Assembly: GCA_958426425.1 (NCBI GenBank) | Contig: CATZYY010000002.1 | Span: forward strand, 920 to 64,919 | From: an uncultured Oscillospiraceae bacterium | GTDB lineage: Bacteria; Bacillota; Clostridia; Oscillospirales; Oscillospiraceae | Reading direction: 5' to 3' | DNA length: 64,000 bases | Part shown: positions 48,272 to 58,470 of the stretch, piece after piece | Layout: each line of letters starts with the position of its first letter | Numbering within the stretch: the first letter of the stretch is position 1 | Notes under the pieces: generated by a model | Databases searched by the model: none | Told to the model about the DNA's origin: nothing | What the model saw: the letters and a program-made list of their open reading frames with translations, nothing else | Position numbers and translations under genes: made by a program

Positions 48272-49531
48272 TTACAGCACAAGTCTGAATCGAAACCAGC
48301 CATCTGTCTGGTCAAACTGGCAGACGGCTCCATGTTTCCGGCAGAAAGCGCAGATGGACTGCACTCCCAGGCCATGTCCCTCTCTTTTAGCCACCGGAAG
48401 GCCATCACTGTCGAAGGAGATATTTCCCATGCAGGGATTGGATATCTCCAGCATGACACCCGGGGTCCCCACCATTTTGCAGCGGATCTTCCGCTGGTTC
48501 CGAGGCAACTCCAGATTAGCGTGGATCGCGTTTTCCAAAGCGTTTGCCAGAACGATGGCCAATTCTCCCTCATTCACCGGAAGTGCGTCGGTCAGAGAAA
48601 TTTTTGTCTCCACAGAGATATCCTGATTTTTGGCTTGGTCAAAGTAAGAGGAAAATACAGCATCCAGCACCGGCGGGCGGCACCAGCGGATCTCTTTCTG
48701 CTCATCCAGCCGTTTCTGTGCCGCGTCCAGAAACTCCAGTGCCGTCTCTTTGTCTCCGCGCGATACCAGTTCCCTCACTGCCTGGAGCCGATGCCGCAGG
48801 TCGTGGCGCTCTGTGCGGATAACATTTTCCGCTGCTTTCACCGCCTCCATGCGGCTCTGGAGAGCCGACAGCTGCAATGTAGACAGTTGGGCATTGTGCC
48901 GAGCCTCCATCTCATTTTTGATGCTGGTAAAGAAAAACATCAAAATGGAATAAACCCCCAGCATCAGCAGAGCGATCGCCGGCTTGATAATGCTGCTGCT
49001 CCGATCGAAGCCTGCATATCCAGGGATCAGGTAGACGGCGATGATGTAGTAGGCTGCCATTACCAGGCATATCAGCCACCAGCCCCGGTGCAGCTCCAAC
49101 AGTATCTGGAAAAACAGCGGCCGCAAAAAGCGGACCAGAAACCAGATGACCCAGGTGCTGAGGACCGTGCAGGACAGCACCAGCACCCAGAAGCGGCTGC
49201 CCGACAGGTAGTAGATCAGCCCTGATATGTGGTGAATCAGCGTACAGAACAAAACGACGGAGAGCTGCTGGAAGATCAGCCGCCATCCCCGGAATCGGCT
49301 GAGCGTGAAAAGGAGCAGTATCAGCGGGATGTGGATTGTCATAGCAAAGATCCAAAAGGCGGCATCCATATCCACCGCCCGGTACAGGGCGGCCACCGCC
49401 GCCATGAGCAGGAGGGTGACGATGGAAACGATGAAAAGGGTGCGCCGCCGGGAATACCGGCTGTCCATAAACAAAGACGCCATAATCATATATAAAACCG
49501 TCAGATACTCCATGATAAACAGCTCTACCAT
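48272..49531 (-). CDS. AgrC/VirS-like GHKL sensor histidine kinase
   Basis: Multi-TM N-terminus, RHDLRH, LANALENA, GHGLG. Confidence 0.88.
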   Translation of the reverse strand: MVELFIMEYLTVLYMIMASLFMDSRYSRRRTLFIVSIVTLLLMAAVAALYRAVDMDAAFWIFAMTIHIPLILLLFTLSRFRGWRLIFQQLSVVLFCTLIHHISGLIYYLSGSRFWVLVLSCTVLSTWVIWFLVRFLRPLFFQILLELHRGWWLICLVMAAYYIIAVYLIPGYAGFDRSSSIIKPAIALLMLGVYSILMFFFTSIKNEMEARHNAQLSTLQLSALQSRMEAVKAAENVIRTERHDLRHRLQAVRELVSRGDKETALEFLDAAQKRLDEQKEIRWCRPPVLDAVFSSYFDQAKNQDISVETKISLTDALPVNEGELAIVLANALENAIHANLELPRNQRKIRCKMVGTPGVMLEISNPCMGNISFDSDGLPVAKREGHGLGVQSICAFCRKHGAVCQFDQTDGWFRFRLVL

Positions 49532-50265
49532 GCTGTCCCCTCCTCCAGCCAGTAACCGCCCCAGGCTTTTTTAAATGCTGCCGCCGCCGTCCGCGGCAGC
49601 ACCACCGTCTGGCCGTTGTCCAGCAGGGCTGCCTGACCGTCCACTCCGGTCACATGCTGGAAATTCAGCACAAAGCTGGCCCCACACAGGTAAAAGCGCC
49701 TGTCGGCCAACAAGGGCGCAGCCATCTCTCGAAAGGAGACCCGAATCGTCTGGGAATCCACTGTGCCGTCGGCGCAAAAGTAGCGCATGCAGCGCCCCAC
49801 CCGCTCCACATACTGAATCCGCTCCAACAGGACGCGCCGGGGACCGTCCGCGGTAGCTATCACAACGGCGCTGTTCTGCCGCCGGTTCAACTTCTCCACG
49901 GCTCTGTCCAATACTTGAAAGAGCTTTTTCTCCTCTACCGGCTTGAGCAGATAAAAGAAGGCCCGGACATCGTAGCTGTCGGCGGCAAAGTCATTGGAAC
50001 TGGTGAGATAGACAATCTCTCCTCCCTGTCCCAGTTCCCTCAGCCGCCGCCCCGTATCGATCCCGCTTAACTCCGGCATGAGGATATCCAATACGTATAG
50101 GTCGAAGCCGCCCGTCGCATCAATCTGGGACAATAACTCTCCGCCGCTCCGAAAAATCTCCACCTGTCCCTGCAGATCAGGGCGGGCGCGGAGATAGGTA
50201 TTCAGCAGCGCCGCCGTCTGGTTGAGTTGTTGTTCTTCATCATCACATATGGCAATTCGCAGCAT
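49525..50265 (-). CDS. LytTR family response regulator
   Basis: IAICDD, LDILMP, YLLKP, SFVLN. Confidence 0.92.
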   Translation of the reverse strand: MLRIAICDDEEQQLNQTAALLNTYLRARPDLQGQVEIFRSGGELLSQIDATGGFDLYVLDILMPELSGIDTGRRLRELGQGGEIVYLTSSNDFAADSYDVRAFFYLLKPVEEKKLFQVLDRAVEKLNRRQNSAVVIATADGPRRVLLERIQYVERVGRCMRYFCADGTVDSQTIRVSFREMAAPLLADRRFYLCGASFVLNFQHVTGVDGQAALLDNGQTVVLPRTAAAAFKKAWGGYWLEEGTAW

Positions 50266-50318
50266 AGCCAGCCTCTCTTCCAAAAACACAGTGAAAATTT
50301 TGCGCACATAACATCAGA

Positions 50319-50350
50319 TTCTGAACAACCGCTTTCAAATTTCAGAGCAA
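50319..50350 (+). promoter_or_regulatory. Putative LytTR-type direct repeat
   Basis: TTCTGAACAA and TTCAGAGCAA with a 12-bp spacer. Confidence 0.45.
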
Positions 50351-50414
50351 TTTGTAAAATGAACATAGCATGGAAGGGAAAAACCGTCAAGGGGGTGCAA
50401 AAGGAGGCATGACT

Positions 50415-50645
50415 ATGGACAGCGACCGCAAAGCACATTTTGACCACCGGGAATCCCTGCCTGCTCCGAAACCGGGCGGCAGCGTGTGGCCCCGGCAGAG
50501 CTGTCCGGCGTTCACGCCCAGAAAGGAGCACCTGCCCATAGAGGGCAGACAGTGCTGGTTCTGCCGCTACGCGGATTTTCACCTGACCCAACCTGTGGCA
50601 CTGGAGGTTGGGATCTGCTGCTGGCCGGATATACAGAGTCGGTGA
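50415..50645 (+). CDS. Small Cys-rich hypothetical protein (76 aa)
   Basis: AAGGAGG RBS; CPAF..CWFCRYADF..GICC. Confidence 0.7.
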   Translation: MDSDRKAHFDHRESLPAPKPGGSVWPRQSCPAFTPRKEHLPIEGRQCWFCRYADFHLTQPVALEVGICCWPDIQSR

Positions 50646-50704
50646 CCCAGCGTAAATATTGGGCTCTCCTGCATAATCACCATCTCAAGAAGGATGATTC
50701 AACC

Positions 50705-51895
50705 ATGTGTAGAATTCAGAATGTATCCAAGCACAGATTTCACTTTAAATTTCAAGTTCCCAGTTATATCCGTCAGGAATTTTTGCAGGAATCCGTGCGT
50801 AAAAACAACTTCTCTTTTCGGATCATCTGTGCAATAATTTTTGTCTCAGAGCTCTATAATCTTTTCCGTGTGGTGTTTTTGTCACAATCCGGCCTGAGAA
50901 CGCGAAACAATCAAATTTACTTCTCCATGTACTGTATCCTGATTCTTCTTGCGATTTTGTGGCTGGTGCTGCGGCATGCTCTGCGGCAGGCCCCGGTACG
51001 CTGCCAGTGGGTCGCACAGCATGTGGTAACCACTTTGATTTTCCTATGGCACATAGGTCTCAACACCTATGACCTGTATCGCGATCCTGCTGCAGGAACC
51101 ACAGTGCTGACAACAGCACTGATGGGCTTGGCCTTTCTGATCCAATCGCCGCCCTGGTACAGCGTAATGCAGTCTGCTGTCAACTATCTGCTGTTCCGTG
51201 TCTTTATGGCTCCGCTGATAGATACCGGCGACCGTCTCAACCTGACGATTACCTTTGTGGTAGCTCTGGCTGTCTCCTTGGCAAATGCCCACCATACCTC
51301 TGTTACGCTGAAGCAGCAAAAGCAGATCGTCGAAATCAACACCAAATTGCAGAAGCTGGTACACCTGGACCCCCTGACTGGCCTGCTCAACAAGACAACC
51401 GTGGAATGCTGGGCGGAACAGCTTCTCCACGATCTGGAACACACAGGAAGACCCAGCGGCCTCACCCTGTTTCTTATGGATCTGGATGAGTTTAAAAGGA
51501 TCAACGACCGCTATGGGCATCCTTGTGGAGACTACGTGTTGGCAGAGGCGGCCGAAACTATGCGCCGTGTCTTTTCAGATGCAACGGGACTGGGACGGAT
51601 TGGCGGAGACGAGTTTGCCGTACTTTACGACCGGCCTATGACAGAGGAATATGTCTTGACTTTGGGGCGGGAATTGGGAAAGCAGCTGAGGAAAATCCAA
51701 TGGAAGGAACAGCCATTGGACCTTCAGTGCAGTATGGGTGTCTGTATCTGCACGCAGCCGCAATTTACTTACCAGCAGCTATATGCGGAAACAGATCGAA
51801 TGCTATATCGGTCCAAGGAAACCGGCAGGGGACGATGCTGTGTGCAGCAGTTGGAATGTGCTGATAATAAGCGTTTCCAGGAAAATATGGTATAA
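50705..51895 (+). CDS. Membrane diguanylate cyclase (GGDEF)
   Basis: Multi-TM, DPLTGLLN, DLD.FK.IND.YGH..GD, RIGGDEF. Confidence 0.93.
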   Translation: MCRIQNVSKHRFHFKFQVPSYIRQEFLQESVRKNNFSFRIICAIIFVSELYNLFRVVFLSQSGLRTRNNQIYFSMYCILILLAILWLVLRHALRQAPVRCQWVAQHVVTTLIFLWHIGLNTYDLYRDPAAGTTVLTTALMGLAFLIQSPPWYSVMQSAVNYLLFRVFMAPLIDTGDRLNLTITFVVALAVSLANAHHTSVTLKQQKQIVEINTKLQKLVHLDPLTGLLNKTTVECWAEQLLHDLEHTGRPSGLTLFLMDLDEFKRINDRYGHPCGDYVLAEAAETMRRVFSDATGLGRIGGDEFAVLYDRPMTEEYVLTLGRELGKQLRKIQWKEQPLDLQCSMGVCICTQPQFTYQQLYAETDRMLYRSKETGRGRCCVQQLECADNKRFQENMV

Positions 51896-52793
51896 AAACG
51901 CCAATATTGCACTGTGGATAATACTCCCCTTGGTGCTCTCCCTGCTGCCGTATCAATTCAGGTATCAGGATATATCCACAGTAACCGAAGGGAGCTGGCC
52001 GGGAAAACCGCCGATAAAGTCTATCTGACCATGGATATCATCAGCTATGTCTCCATTATGGCAGCCGGCGGTCCTACACTCCACCTCTATATTCATGTGC
52101 TTGATTTGAATGGAGACACTATCGCCGGACACCATTCCTGCGAAGTGCCAGAAAACGATTGCTCGCACAAGGGACTTCCATCACTTTCGGCTGCTCAATG
52201 ACTGCATCAGCAGTAATCATACAGATGGCTGCCCATGAGAATCATCCAAAACATACTCATCTGAAACTGCTCAAATCGTGTAAACAGGCTGGGGGCGGGT
52301 CCTGCATCAGAATGCCTGAAACGCTTTCTGGCGTCTGTGATAATTTCCTTTTTCCACACTGCCTTAATAACTGCTGTAATATAAAACTTCTCCAATTGCA
52401 AAAAGCATTGAATACCACATATTTGCTGCCTCCAATCCATCCTCTTTCATGGAACTAATGCCATGACGGATTGCTGTACCCATTATCAGTGAAACATTCA
52501 ATACAAAGCCGGAGCGGCACAGCGATTGCTGTACCGCTCCGGTTGATTTTTTAATCTTGAAAAACATGTTTTTTATACTGTCGGCAGGCATACGAAGAGC
52601 TTACTGCCAGGCGTGCGCTTCTATCATGACGTGCACGCTCAGAACGTATCATTTTCCAGGCCTGAAAACGGGTTAAACCATTGTGGAATCCCGCTCGGTA
52701 TCTGGTCAGATAAACCGGGCCCATCCGCCGCTGCAGGCTCAGTCAACTGCATGGGCAACCGGCACCTCTATCAGCGCCGCTGCATCTTCCCAC

Positions 52794-53783
52794 TCAATCG
52801 TCCAGGAATTCCAAATGGAACAGCTTCTGGGCGTTGGTGCGGCCCATCTTCAGCTTGTCATTATTGCTGACGGGCAGATTATCAAACCAGTTGGCTGCCT
52901 GGCTCATGGTCTCATAGGGATAGTCTGTGGAGAACATGATCCGGTCCGCGCCGGTCTCCAGCATGGTGCACAGCAGGGCAGGCGTGCTGCAGTTGCCGCT
53001 GGTGGTGATGTGGAAATTGTTCTCCAGGTAATGGGTAAAGGTCTTTTCCGCCTTGCAGTCCCGCTTGTGGCTGTCCACCCGGTTGCAGATCCGCCAGATC
53101 TGGAAGGGCAGCAGCTCGCCCATATGGCCAATTACAATTTGCAGCTTGGGGAACTTATCAAACAAGCCGCTGGCCATCAGCCGCAGGCAGTGGGTGGCTG
53201 TCTCCACATGGAAACCCCAGGCGGCGCTGATCATCCAGTCGTGGCCGGCGTATTCCTTTTTCCGCACGCTGGGCACGGACATTCTGGGATGCAGATAGAT
53301 GGGCACACCCAGCTTCTCCACCTCCTCCCAGAAGGGCAGGTAGCGGGGATCGTCCAGGTAGATGGCGTTTTCCGGATCGTCAATGGTGCAAAAACCATTG
53401 ACCAGGGCGCCCTTGAAGTTGAAGTCCTTCACGCAGCGCTGCAGCTCCAGGATGGAGGCCTCCGGGTCCTGGGTAGGCAGGGCAGCAAAACCGCCGAAAC
53501 GCCGGGGCAGGGGCTGAATTTGCTGGGCCAAATAGTCGTTGATATTCTTAGCGGCCACAATGGCGTCCGCTGTGGAACAGATGCCCTGGATGGTGGGCGA
53601 GGACAGCGAGAGAATGTTATACTCGATGCCGTTGGCATCCATCTCCTCCAGCCGCTTGCCGCTGATGTCGCAGATGGTGGCCTTGCCTTCCTCCCACTTG
53701 CCCTCCCGAACAAAGTAGGGCTTGATATCCTCCAAAAATTCCTCGGTGGAGAAATGCTCCTCCAGCGCAATCTTACCCTGCAT
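52794..53783 (-). CDS. Amidohydrolase_2 non-oxidative decarboxylase, gamma-resorcylate / 2,3-dihydroxybenzoate decarboxylase-like
   Basis: MQGKIALEEHF, FAALP.QDP, GALVNGF, YLHPR, LRLMASGLFD, GHMGE, ITTSGN, FSTDYP. Confidence 0.85.
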   Translation of the reverse strand: MQGKIALEEHFSTEEFLEDIKPYFVREGKWEEGKATICDISGKRLEEMDANGIEYNILSLSSPTIQGICSTADAIVAAKNINDYLAQQIQPLPRRFGGFAALPTQDPEASILELQRCVKDFNFKGALVNGFCTIDDPENAIYLDDPRYLPFWEEVEKLGVPIYLHPRMSVPSVRKKEYAGHDWMISAAWGFHVETATHCLRLMASGLFDKFPKLQIVIGHMGELLPFQIWRICNRVDSHKRDCKAEKTFTHYLENNFHITTSGNCSTPALLCTMLETGADRIMFSTDYPYETMSQAANWFDNLPVSNNDKLKMGRTNAQKLFHLEFLDD

Positions 53784-53811
53784 GGTAAATCCTTCCTTTC
53801 TATTTTATCAG

Positions 53812-54999
53812 TTAATCACAAAATTGACGTGTCACCCCGCCGAAGATCTCCGCGCCTCGGACAATCTTCTCGTCGGGCAGGGCGGAAAAATTCAGACGGA
53901 AAGCGTGGCCGGGTCTGGACTCGTCCACGGCGAAGGCGGCGCTGGGCACCACACCTACGCCGGCGGCAATGGCGGCCTCGTTCACAGCCTCCATATCTGC
54001 GTCCTCGGGCAGCTCCACCCAGATGAATAGACCGCCCTCCGGCACCAAAATCCGGCACCGGGACGAACAGCAGCGCCGCAAAGTGTCAGCCATGAGAGTG
54101 CACTTGCGGCCGTAAATGCGGCTGATGGAGGCGAGATAGCTGTTGAAATCCAGCTTTTTGAGGCAGCGGCTGATGACCCGCTGGTTCAGCAAAGGCTCCT
54201 GTCCGTCGGCCGTTTTCACGGCGGCCAGATGGCCCGCCAGACCCTCAGGCGCGTAGAGATAGCCCGCCCGCAGGCCTGCCGACAAGGTCTTGGAGAAAGA
54301 TCCGGCGTAAACCACGCGATTGTCGGTATCCAGGCTCTTGAAGGTGGGCACCGGCTCCCCGGCAAAGCGGATGTCGCCGTAGGGATCGTCCTCATAAATC
54401 ACTAGGTCATACTTACAGGCAACCGTGTATAGATCTTTTCGGCGCTGCAGCGGGATAGTAATGCCCATGGGATTGTGGAAATTTGGAATCAGATAGATGT
54501 ACTTGCCCTTGCCGGACCGGGCCCGTTCCTCCAGGGCCTCGGGAATCATACCCTGGTCGTCACCGGGGATTCCTACGGCGGCAGCGCCCACATTGCGCAT
54601 ATTGGCCGTGGCGTTCATAAAACAAAAGGCGTCGCAGTAGGCCTCGTCCCCCTCCTGACACAGGGTTCGGGCAATCAGGCTCAGGCCCTTGCCGGAGCCT
54701 GAGAGCAAAATCACCCGGTTGCCCTCCGAAGCGCAGCCCTTATCCTGCACCAGGCGTTTTTTGACCCACTCCATCAGCGATGCGTCGCCGGACATGGGAC
54801 CGTATTGCAGGAGCCCCACCGGGTCCTCCGCCATGACCTCCTCCACACAGGTGCGGATCAGGTCCACGGGGATGGCCTCCTCGGCAGGATTTCCCATAGC
54901 CAGGGAAATGAATCCAGGAATGCTTCTCCCCTTCTCCGCCACCTCCAGAATCAGGTTCCGGGTATTGCGGTTCAGCCGCTCAGGAACACGATATGTCAT
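53812..54999 (-). CDS. PLP-dependent class I aminotransferase (LysN/aromatic-type)
   Basis: LQYG, YLIPNFHNP.G, EDDPY, GSFSKT..AGLR.G, RLNFS. Confidence 0.9.
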   Translation of the reverse strand: MTYRVPERLNRNTRNLILEVAEKGRSIPGFISLAMGNPAEEAIPVDLIRTCVEEVMAEDPVGLLQYGPMSGDASLMEWVKKRLVQDKGCASEGNRVILLSGSGKGLSLIARTLCQEGDEAYCDAFCFMNATANMRNVGAAAVGIPGDDQGMIPEALEERARSGKGKYIYLIPNFHNPMGITIPLQRRKDLYTVACKYDLVIYEDDPYGDIRFAGEPVPTFKSLDTDNRVVYAGSFSKTLSAGLRAGYLYAPEGLAGHLAAVKTADGQEPLLNQRVISRCLKKLDFNSYLASISRIYGRKCTLMADTLRRCCSSRCRILVPEGGLFIWVELPEDADMEAVNEAAIAAGVGVVPSAAFAVDESRPGHAFRLNFSALPDEKIVRGAEIFGGVTRQFCD

Positions 55000-56435
55000 G
55001 ACAGCTTCCTTTCCCGCTTTTCAAAGCTGCTACCGTGCTTTTTCCATGCCCGCTGGCCCTGGCTATCCCAGATGCCAAAGCCCGTAAAGGCGCACAGGAC
55101 AGAAAACACCGGCACGATGTAGCACAGCAGGGCGTAGGGGATGTACTCGGTTCCCACGCCCAGCACGCCCATAATATAGGCAGCGGCGGTGGACCAGGGC
55201 ACCACAGCGGCGAAGATGGTGGCGGAATCCTCCAGAGACCGGGAGAGCACCTTCCGGTTCACATCCAGCCGGTCGTACATCTGGCCCATGGCCTTACCGG
55301 GGATCACAATGCCCATCATCTGGTTGCCGGTCAGGAGGATAATGCCCCAGCCGAAGATCAGCGTGGAGACCACCAGGCTTCTGACAGACCGGACCACCTT
55401 CATCAAAATGGCCTCAAACGCGTCCAGAATACCGGCGGCGCTCATGGGTCCGGCCATGAAGCCGGCGAACAGCAGCAGGGCGAAGGTCCCCGCCATGGAT
55501 TTGATGCCGCCCCGGGTGAGGATGGTATCCACCATGGCCACGCCGGTATCGGACACGTAGCCGTTCAGGACCACAGTCATGATGTCTGCCAGGTTCGCGC
55601 CCTGGGTCAGAACCGCCAAAATCACGCTGACCACGGCGGTGATGCCCATAGCCATAATGGAGGGCACCTTCAAAATCGCCAGCACCAGAATCATAATCAG
55701 CGGAAGCAGGCAGATGAGGTGAATATTGAAGTGGGCGGCCAGAGTCTCCTCCATCAGCACAACCGCAGCGGGGTCAAAGGCGTCCTGGGCGTAGCTGGCG
55801 CCGATAATGTAATACAGAACGATGCACACCAGTGTTGCGGGAACCGTGGTGTAGAGCATGGAGCTGATGTGGGAATAGAGATCTGTCTCCGCAATGGCAG
55901 GCGCCAGGTTGGTGGTGTCGGACATGGGAGACATCTTGTCTCCGAAGTAAGCTCCGGAGACCACCGCGCCGGCAATGACGCCGCCGGGGATGCCCAAATT
56001 CACGCCCACGCCGTAAAGTGCCAGCCCCATCGTAGCCACGCAGCCAAAGGAGGTTCCCGTGCAGACAGAGGTCACGGAACACAGCACAAAAGTCAGGGGC
56101 ACAATGGCCGTGGGCGAGATCAACTTCAGTCCATAATAGATCAGAGACGGCAACGTACCACCGATCAACCAGGTAGAAATCAAAATGCCCACCATAGTTA
56201 AAATTACGAATGCCATGTTGTAGTTGGCGATATTCTCCATACCAGCCTTCTGGATGTCCGCCCACTTGGCTTTCATCAGCAAAGCCGCGATCACGGAGAC
56301 GATGGCCGCCGCAAACACGGACATCTGGGCACCAAACCCCAGCTTCAGTCCGATTACGATGGTGGCCACAATGGCCAGCAGAGAAATTACTGCCGCTGCT
56401 GGGTTCACTTGCTTGGTGTTGGTTGTCTCGTTCAT
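54996..56435 (-). CDS. NhaC family transporter
   Basis: TGTSF, SGAYFGDKMSPMSDTT, LSRSLED, VPW. Confidence 0.92.
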   Translation of the reverse strand: MNETTNTKQVNPAAAVISLLAIVATIVIGLKLGFGAQMSVFAAAIVSVIAALLMKAKWADIQKAGMENIANYNMAFVILTMVGILISTWLIGGTLPSLIYYGLKLISPTAIVPLTFVLCSVTSVCTGTSFGCVATMGLALYGVGVNLGIPGGVIAGAVVSGAYFGDKMSPMSDTTNLAPAIAETDLYSHISSMLYTTVPATLVCIVLYYIIGASYAQDAFDPAAVVLMEETLAAHFNIHLICLLPLIMILVLAILKVPSIMAMGITAVVSVILAVLTQGANLADIMTVVLNGYVSDTGVAMVDTILTRGGIKSMAGTFALLLFAGFMAGPMSAAGILDAFEAILMKVVRSVRSLVVSTLIFGWGIILLTGNQMMGIVIPGKAMGQMYDRLDVNRKVLSRSLEDSATIFAAVVPWSTAAAYIMGVLGVGTEYIPYALLCYIVPVFSVLCAFTGFGIWDSQGQRAWKKHGSSFEKRERKLS

Positions 56436-56459
56436 GTTTCTTCCTCCTACGCCATTTAG

Positions 56460-56522
56460 CGCTTTAAAGTCCCATCGCTTTAAAGCACTTAACCATTATA
56501 ACGCTTTTAAAAAATTTGTAAA
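56460..56522 (-). promoter_or_regulatory. Sigma-A promoter with tandem GCTTTAAAG palindromes downstream of the -10
   Basis: TTTACA-16 bp-TATAAT on minus strand; GCTTTAAAG at 56461 and 56477. Confidence 0.55.
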
Positions 56523-56927
56523 TATAAAAACTACCTAAAATAAAAACGTCGCTTTTTACCATCTGCCCCACCCGCCGTCCACAGGGAAACACCTGCAATA
56601 ACGGCGATGCAATGCCCTTCCTTTTCCGTTATTCCAGTATTCAGCACCTGGATAACGTGACAGACACTGCCGCTTCTATTGACGGCTCAAAGCAGAAAAG
56701 CAAGCTGCCCCATGGAGCCACAGGACAGCTGGCGCGCTCAGCAAGATATGGCTCCGCTGCCTCACCTCACACCTTGTGTTATCACCAGAGGGTGACAATC
56801 TACACGCAAATGCAAATCATGTAACGTGCAGGCGGGGCGCACCCTTCTGCGGAATGGGCAACTGCCCTTATACAGGCATCTTTTCAGCCGGGATGAGGCA
56901 TTTTCGCCGAGGGCGGAATTGATAAGT

Positions 56928-56967
56928 ATGGCCGCTCCTTCCTGTTGGAAGGAGCGGCCACTTTTTT
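56928..56967. terminator. Terminator hairpin
   Basis: tggccgctccttcc-tgtt-ggaaggagcggcca plus T tract. Confidence 0.7.
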
Positions 56968-57054
56968 ACTTCATAACAATTTACTGTGATGTAATTGTCC
57001 AACATGTTGTTCACGGATTTGGCCGCGGCCTTACTGGGACGTCACAAGGATCTT

Positions 57055-58278
57055 TTATCCTGTCTGCCCATCAGAAACCAGCAGAAGCAGACAGCCAAAA
57101 AAATTCTGCAGATTATGATAGGGTGAATCAAATGCGCCTCCAAAGCGCTCGCGCATTTTTTCAATTCGATACACCACGGTATTTCGATGCACATGCAGTT
57201 CCTGTGCAGTCAGCGCCAGACTTTGTCCATTCTTCAGGTAGACAAACAATGTCTTTACATAGTCGGACTGGTTTTCCAAATCATACGCCAGCAAATTTCG
57301 CAGAAAGATGCTGAGATAGTGGTTTTGCTGTTTCTCCGGAATGGACGCGGCAAGTCCCCAGAGTCTGTAATCATCATATTGTACAATTCTATCTTCGTTT
57401 CCGGAAATGCGGGCCATCCTTTCCGCCGTTATGGCTTGATCAAAAAACTGCCGGATTTCATACAGGTCTGTAAAGATGTCACTCATCCCGGCACATAATT
57501 CATACTCCGCCAAATACTCTTCCAAATGCTGCAGCCCTGCCTGAGGAATCTGCCTGCTCTTTCCGCAATCCACCAGTAAAATGACATACTCTCTGAAAAA
57601 CAACGACCATGCTCTGGGAAAAATGTTTCCCAACAGGGATTTGAAATGCCGTTCACCGGAAACACGGGAGGAGAATGCGCTCATATTGATGCTGATTAGA
57701 CAATACGCGCTGGGTGATTCAAAAACAGTCCCCAAAATCCGCTGAAGGAACAACGCGCGGTTTGCAAACCCCTCATTCAAAAGGCTGGACAGAAGCATCT
57801 CAATGGAGTCGTGCTGATGGCTGTGCCGAATGGCCTGCTCAATGGCAAGTTCTTTTCCCAAAACTCCCGCCACCAGATCATACGTTTCCCTGGTGGTTTC
57901 ATCCAACGGGGTCCGATATTCCAAGACTGAGAGGTATCCAATTGTCAAGGAATTGGATACCAGCGGACAAATACGCCGTCGGTTGGGCCCCCAATCATCG
58001 AACACTTGATAAGGCAGGGGTGTGCCACGCATGTTTTCCAGGCCATGGAGCATGGCTGCATACTCAAAGAGACAGTATCCTCGTTCTTTTCCTGCAGTCC
58101 ACACCTCATCCTCAATGCCTGATATGTCGGAATAGGCCACTGTGTAATAATTCTTGTCAAAAACCGCAACCGGATTTCCAAGGACTTGTGCCGCCCGGTC
58201 GATCAGGAGATTCATATTGTTGTAGCGAAATGAAAAGTTGAGGAACTCCTGTACTGCCTCATAAACAGCCCTATCCAT
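57055..58278 (-). CDS. PucR/CdaR family transcriptional regulator
   Basis: AGMSD.F, Y..TL..YL, TAQELHVHRNTV.YR. Confidence 0.92.
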   Translation of the reverse strand: MDRAVYEAVQEFLNFSFRYNNMNLLIDRAAQVLGNPVAVFDKNYYTVAYSDISGIEDEVWTAGKERGYCLFEYAAMLHGLENMRGTPLPYQVFDDWGPNRRRICPLVSNSLTIGYLSVLEYRTPLDETTRETYDLVAGVLGKELAIEQAIRHSHQHDSIEMLLSSLLNEGFANRALFLQRILGTVFESPSAYCLISINMSAFSSRVSGERHFKSLLGNIFPRAWSLFFREYVILLVDCGKSRQIPQAGLQHLEEYLAEYELCAGMSDIFTDLYEIRQFFDQAITAERMARISGNEDRIVQYDDYRLWGLAASIPEKQQNHYLSIFLRNLLAYDLENQSDYVKTLFVYLKNGQSLALTAQELHVHRNTVVYRIEKMRERFGGAFDSPYHNLQNFFGCLLLLVSDGQTG

Positions 58279-58312
58279 TTTGCACAACCGCCTTTCACTT
58301 CTCTAAACCGGG

Positions 58313-58331
58313 TTTGTTCCATGAGTACAAA
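58313..58331. promoter_or_regulatory. Putative PucR-family operator TTTGT-N9-ACAAA
   Basis: tttgt-tccatgagt-acaaa between the PucR gene and the divergent operon. Confidence 0.6.
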
Positions 58332-58470
58332 TCCAACGGCTGAATTAATACTATTGTAACATTGAGGCCATACATCCGCAATGTTAAATTATCCTCAGAG
58401 AGTATCAGATTGGGTACTTCCAAGGGAAATAACATCGGAACAAACTCATGAAAGGGAGGCATCTTTGGAA

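Noticed and set aside
51896..52793. Short ORFs downstream of the GGDEF gene
   Set aside because: Fragmentary, no clear RBS or motif; possibly decayed genes but not assignable
56530..57054. T-box or amino-acid riboswitch upstream of the NhaC gene
   Set aside because: No T-box GGTGG-ACC consensus seen, and the likely promoter is only about 60 bp from the start codon
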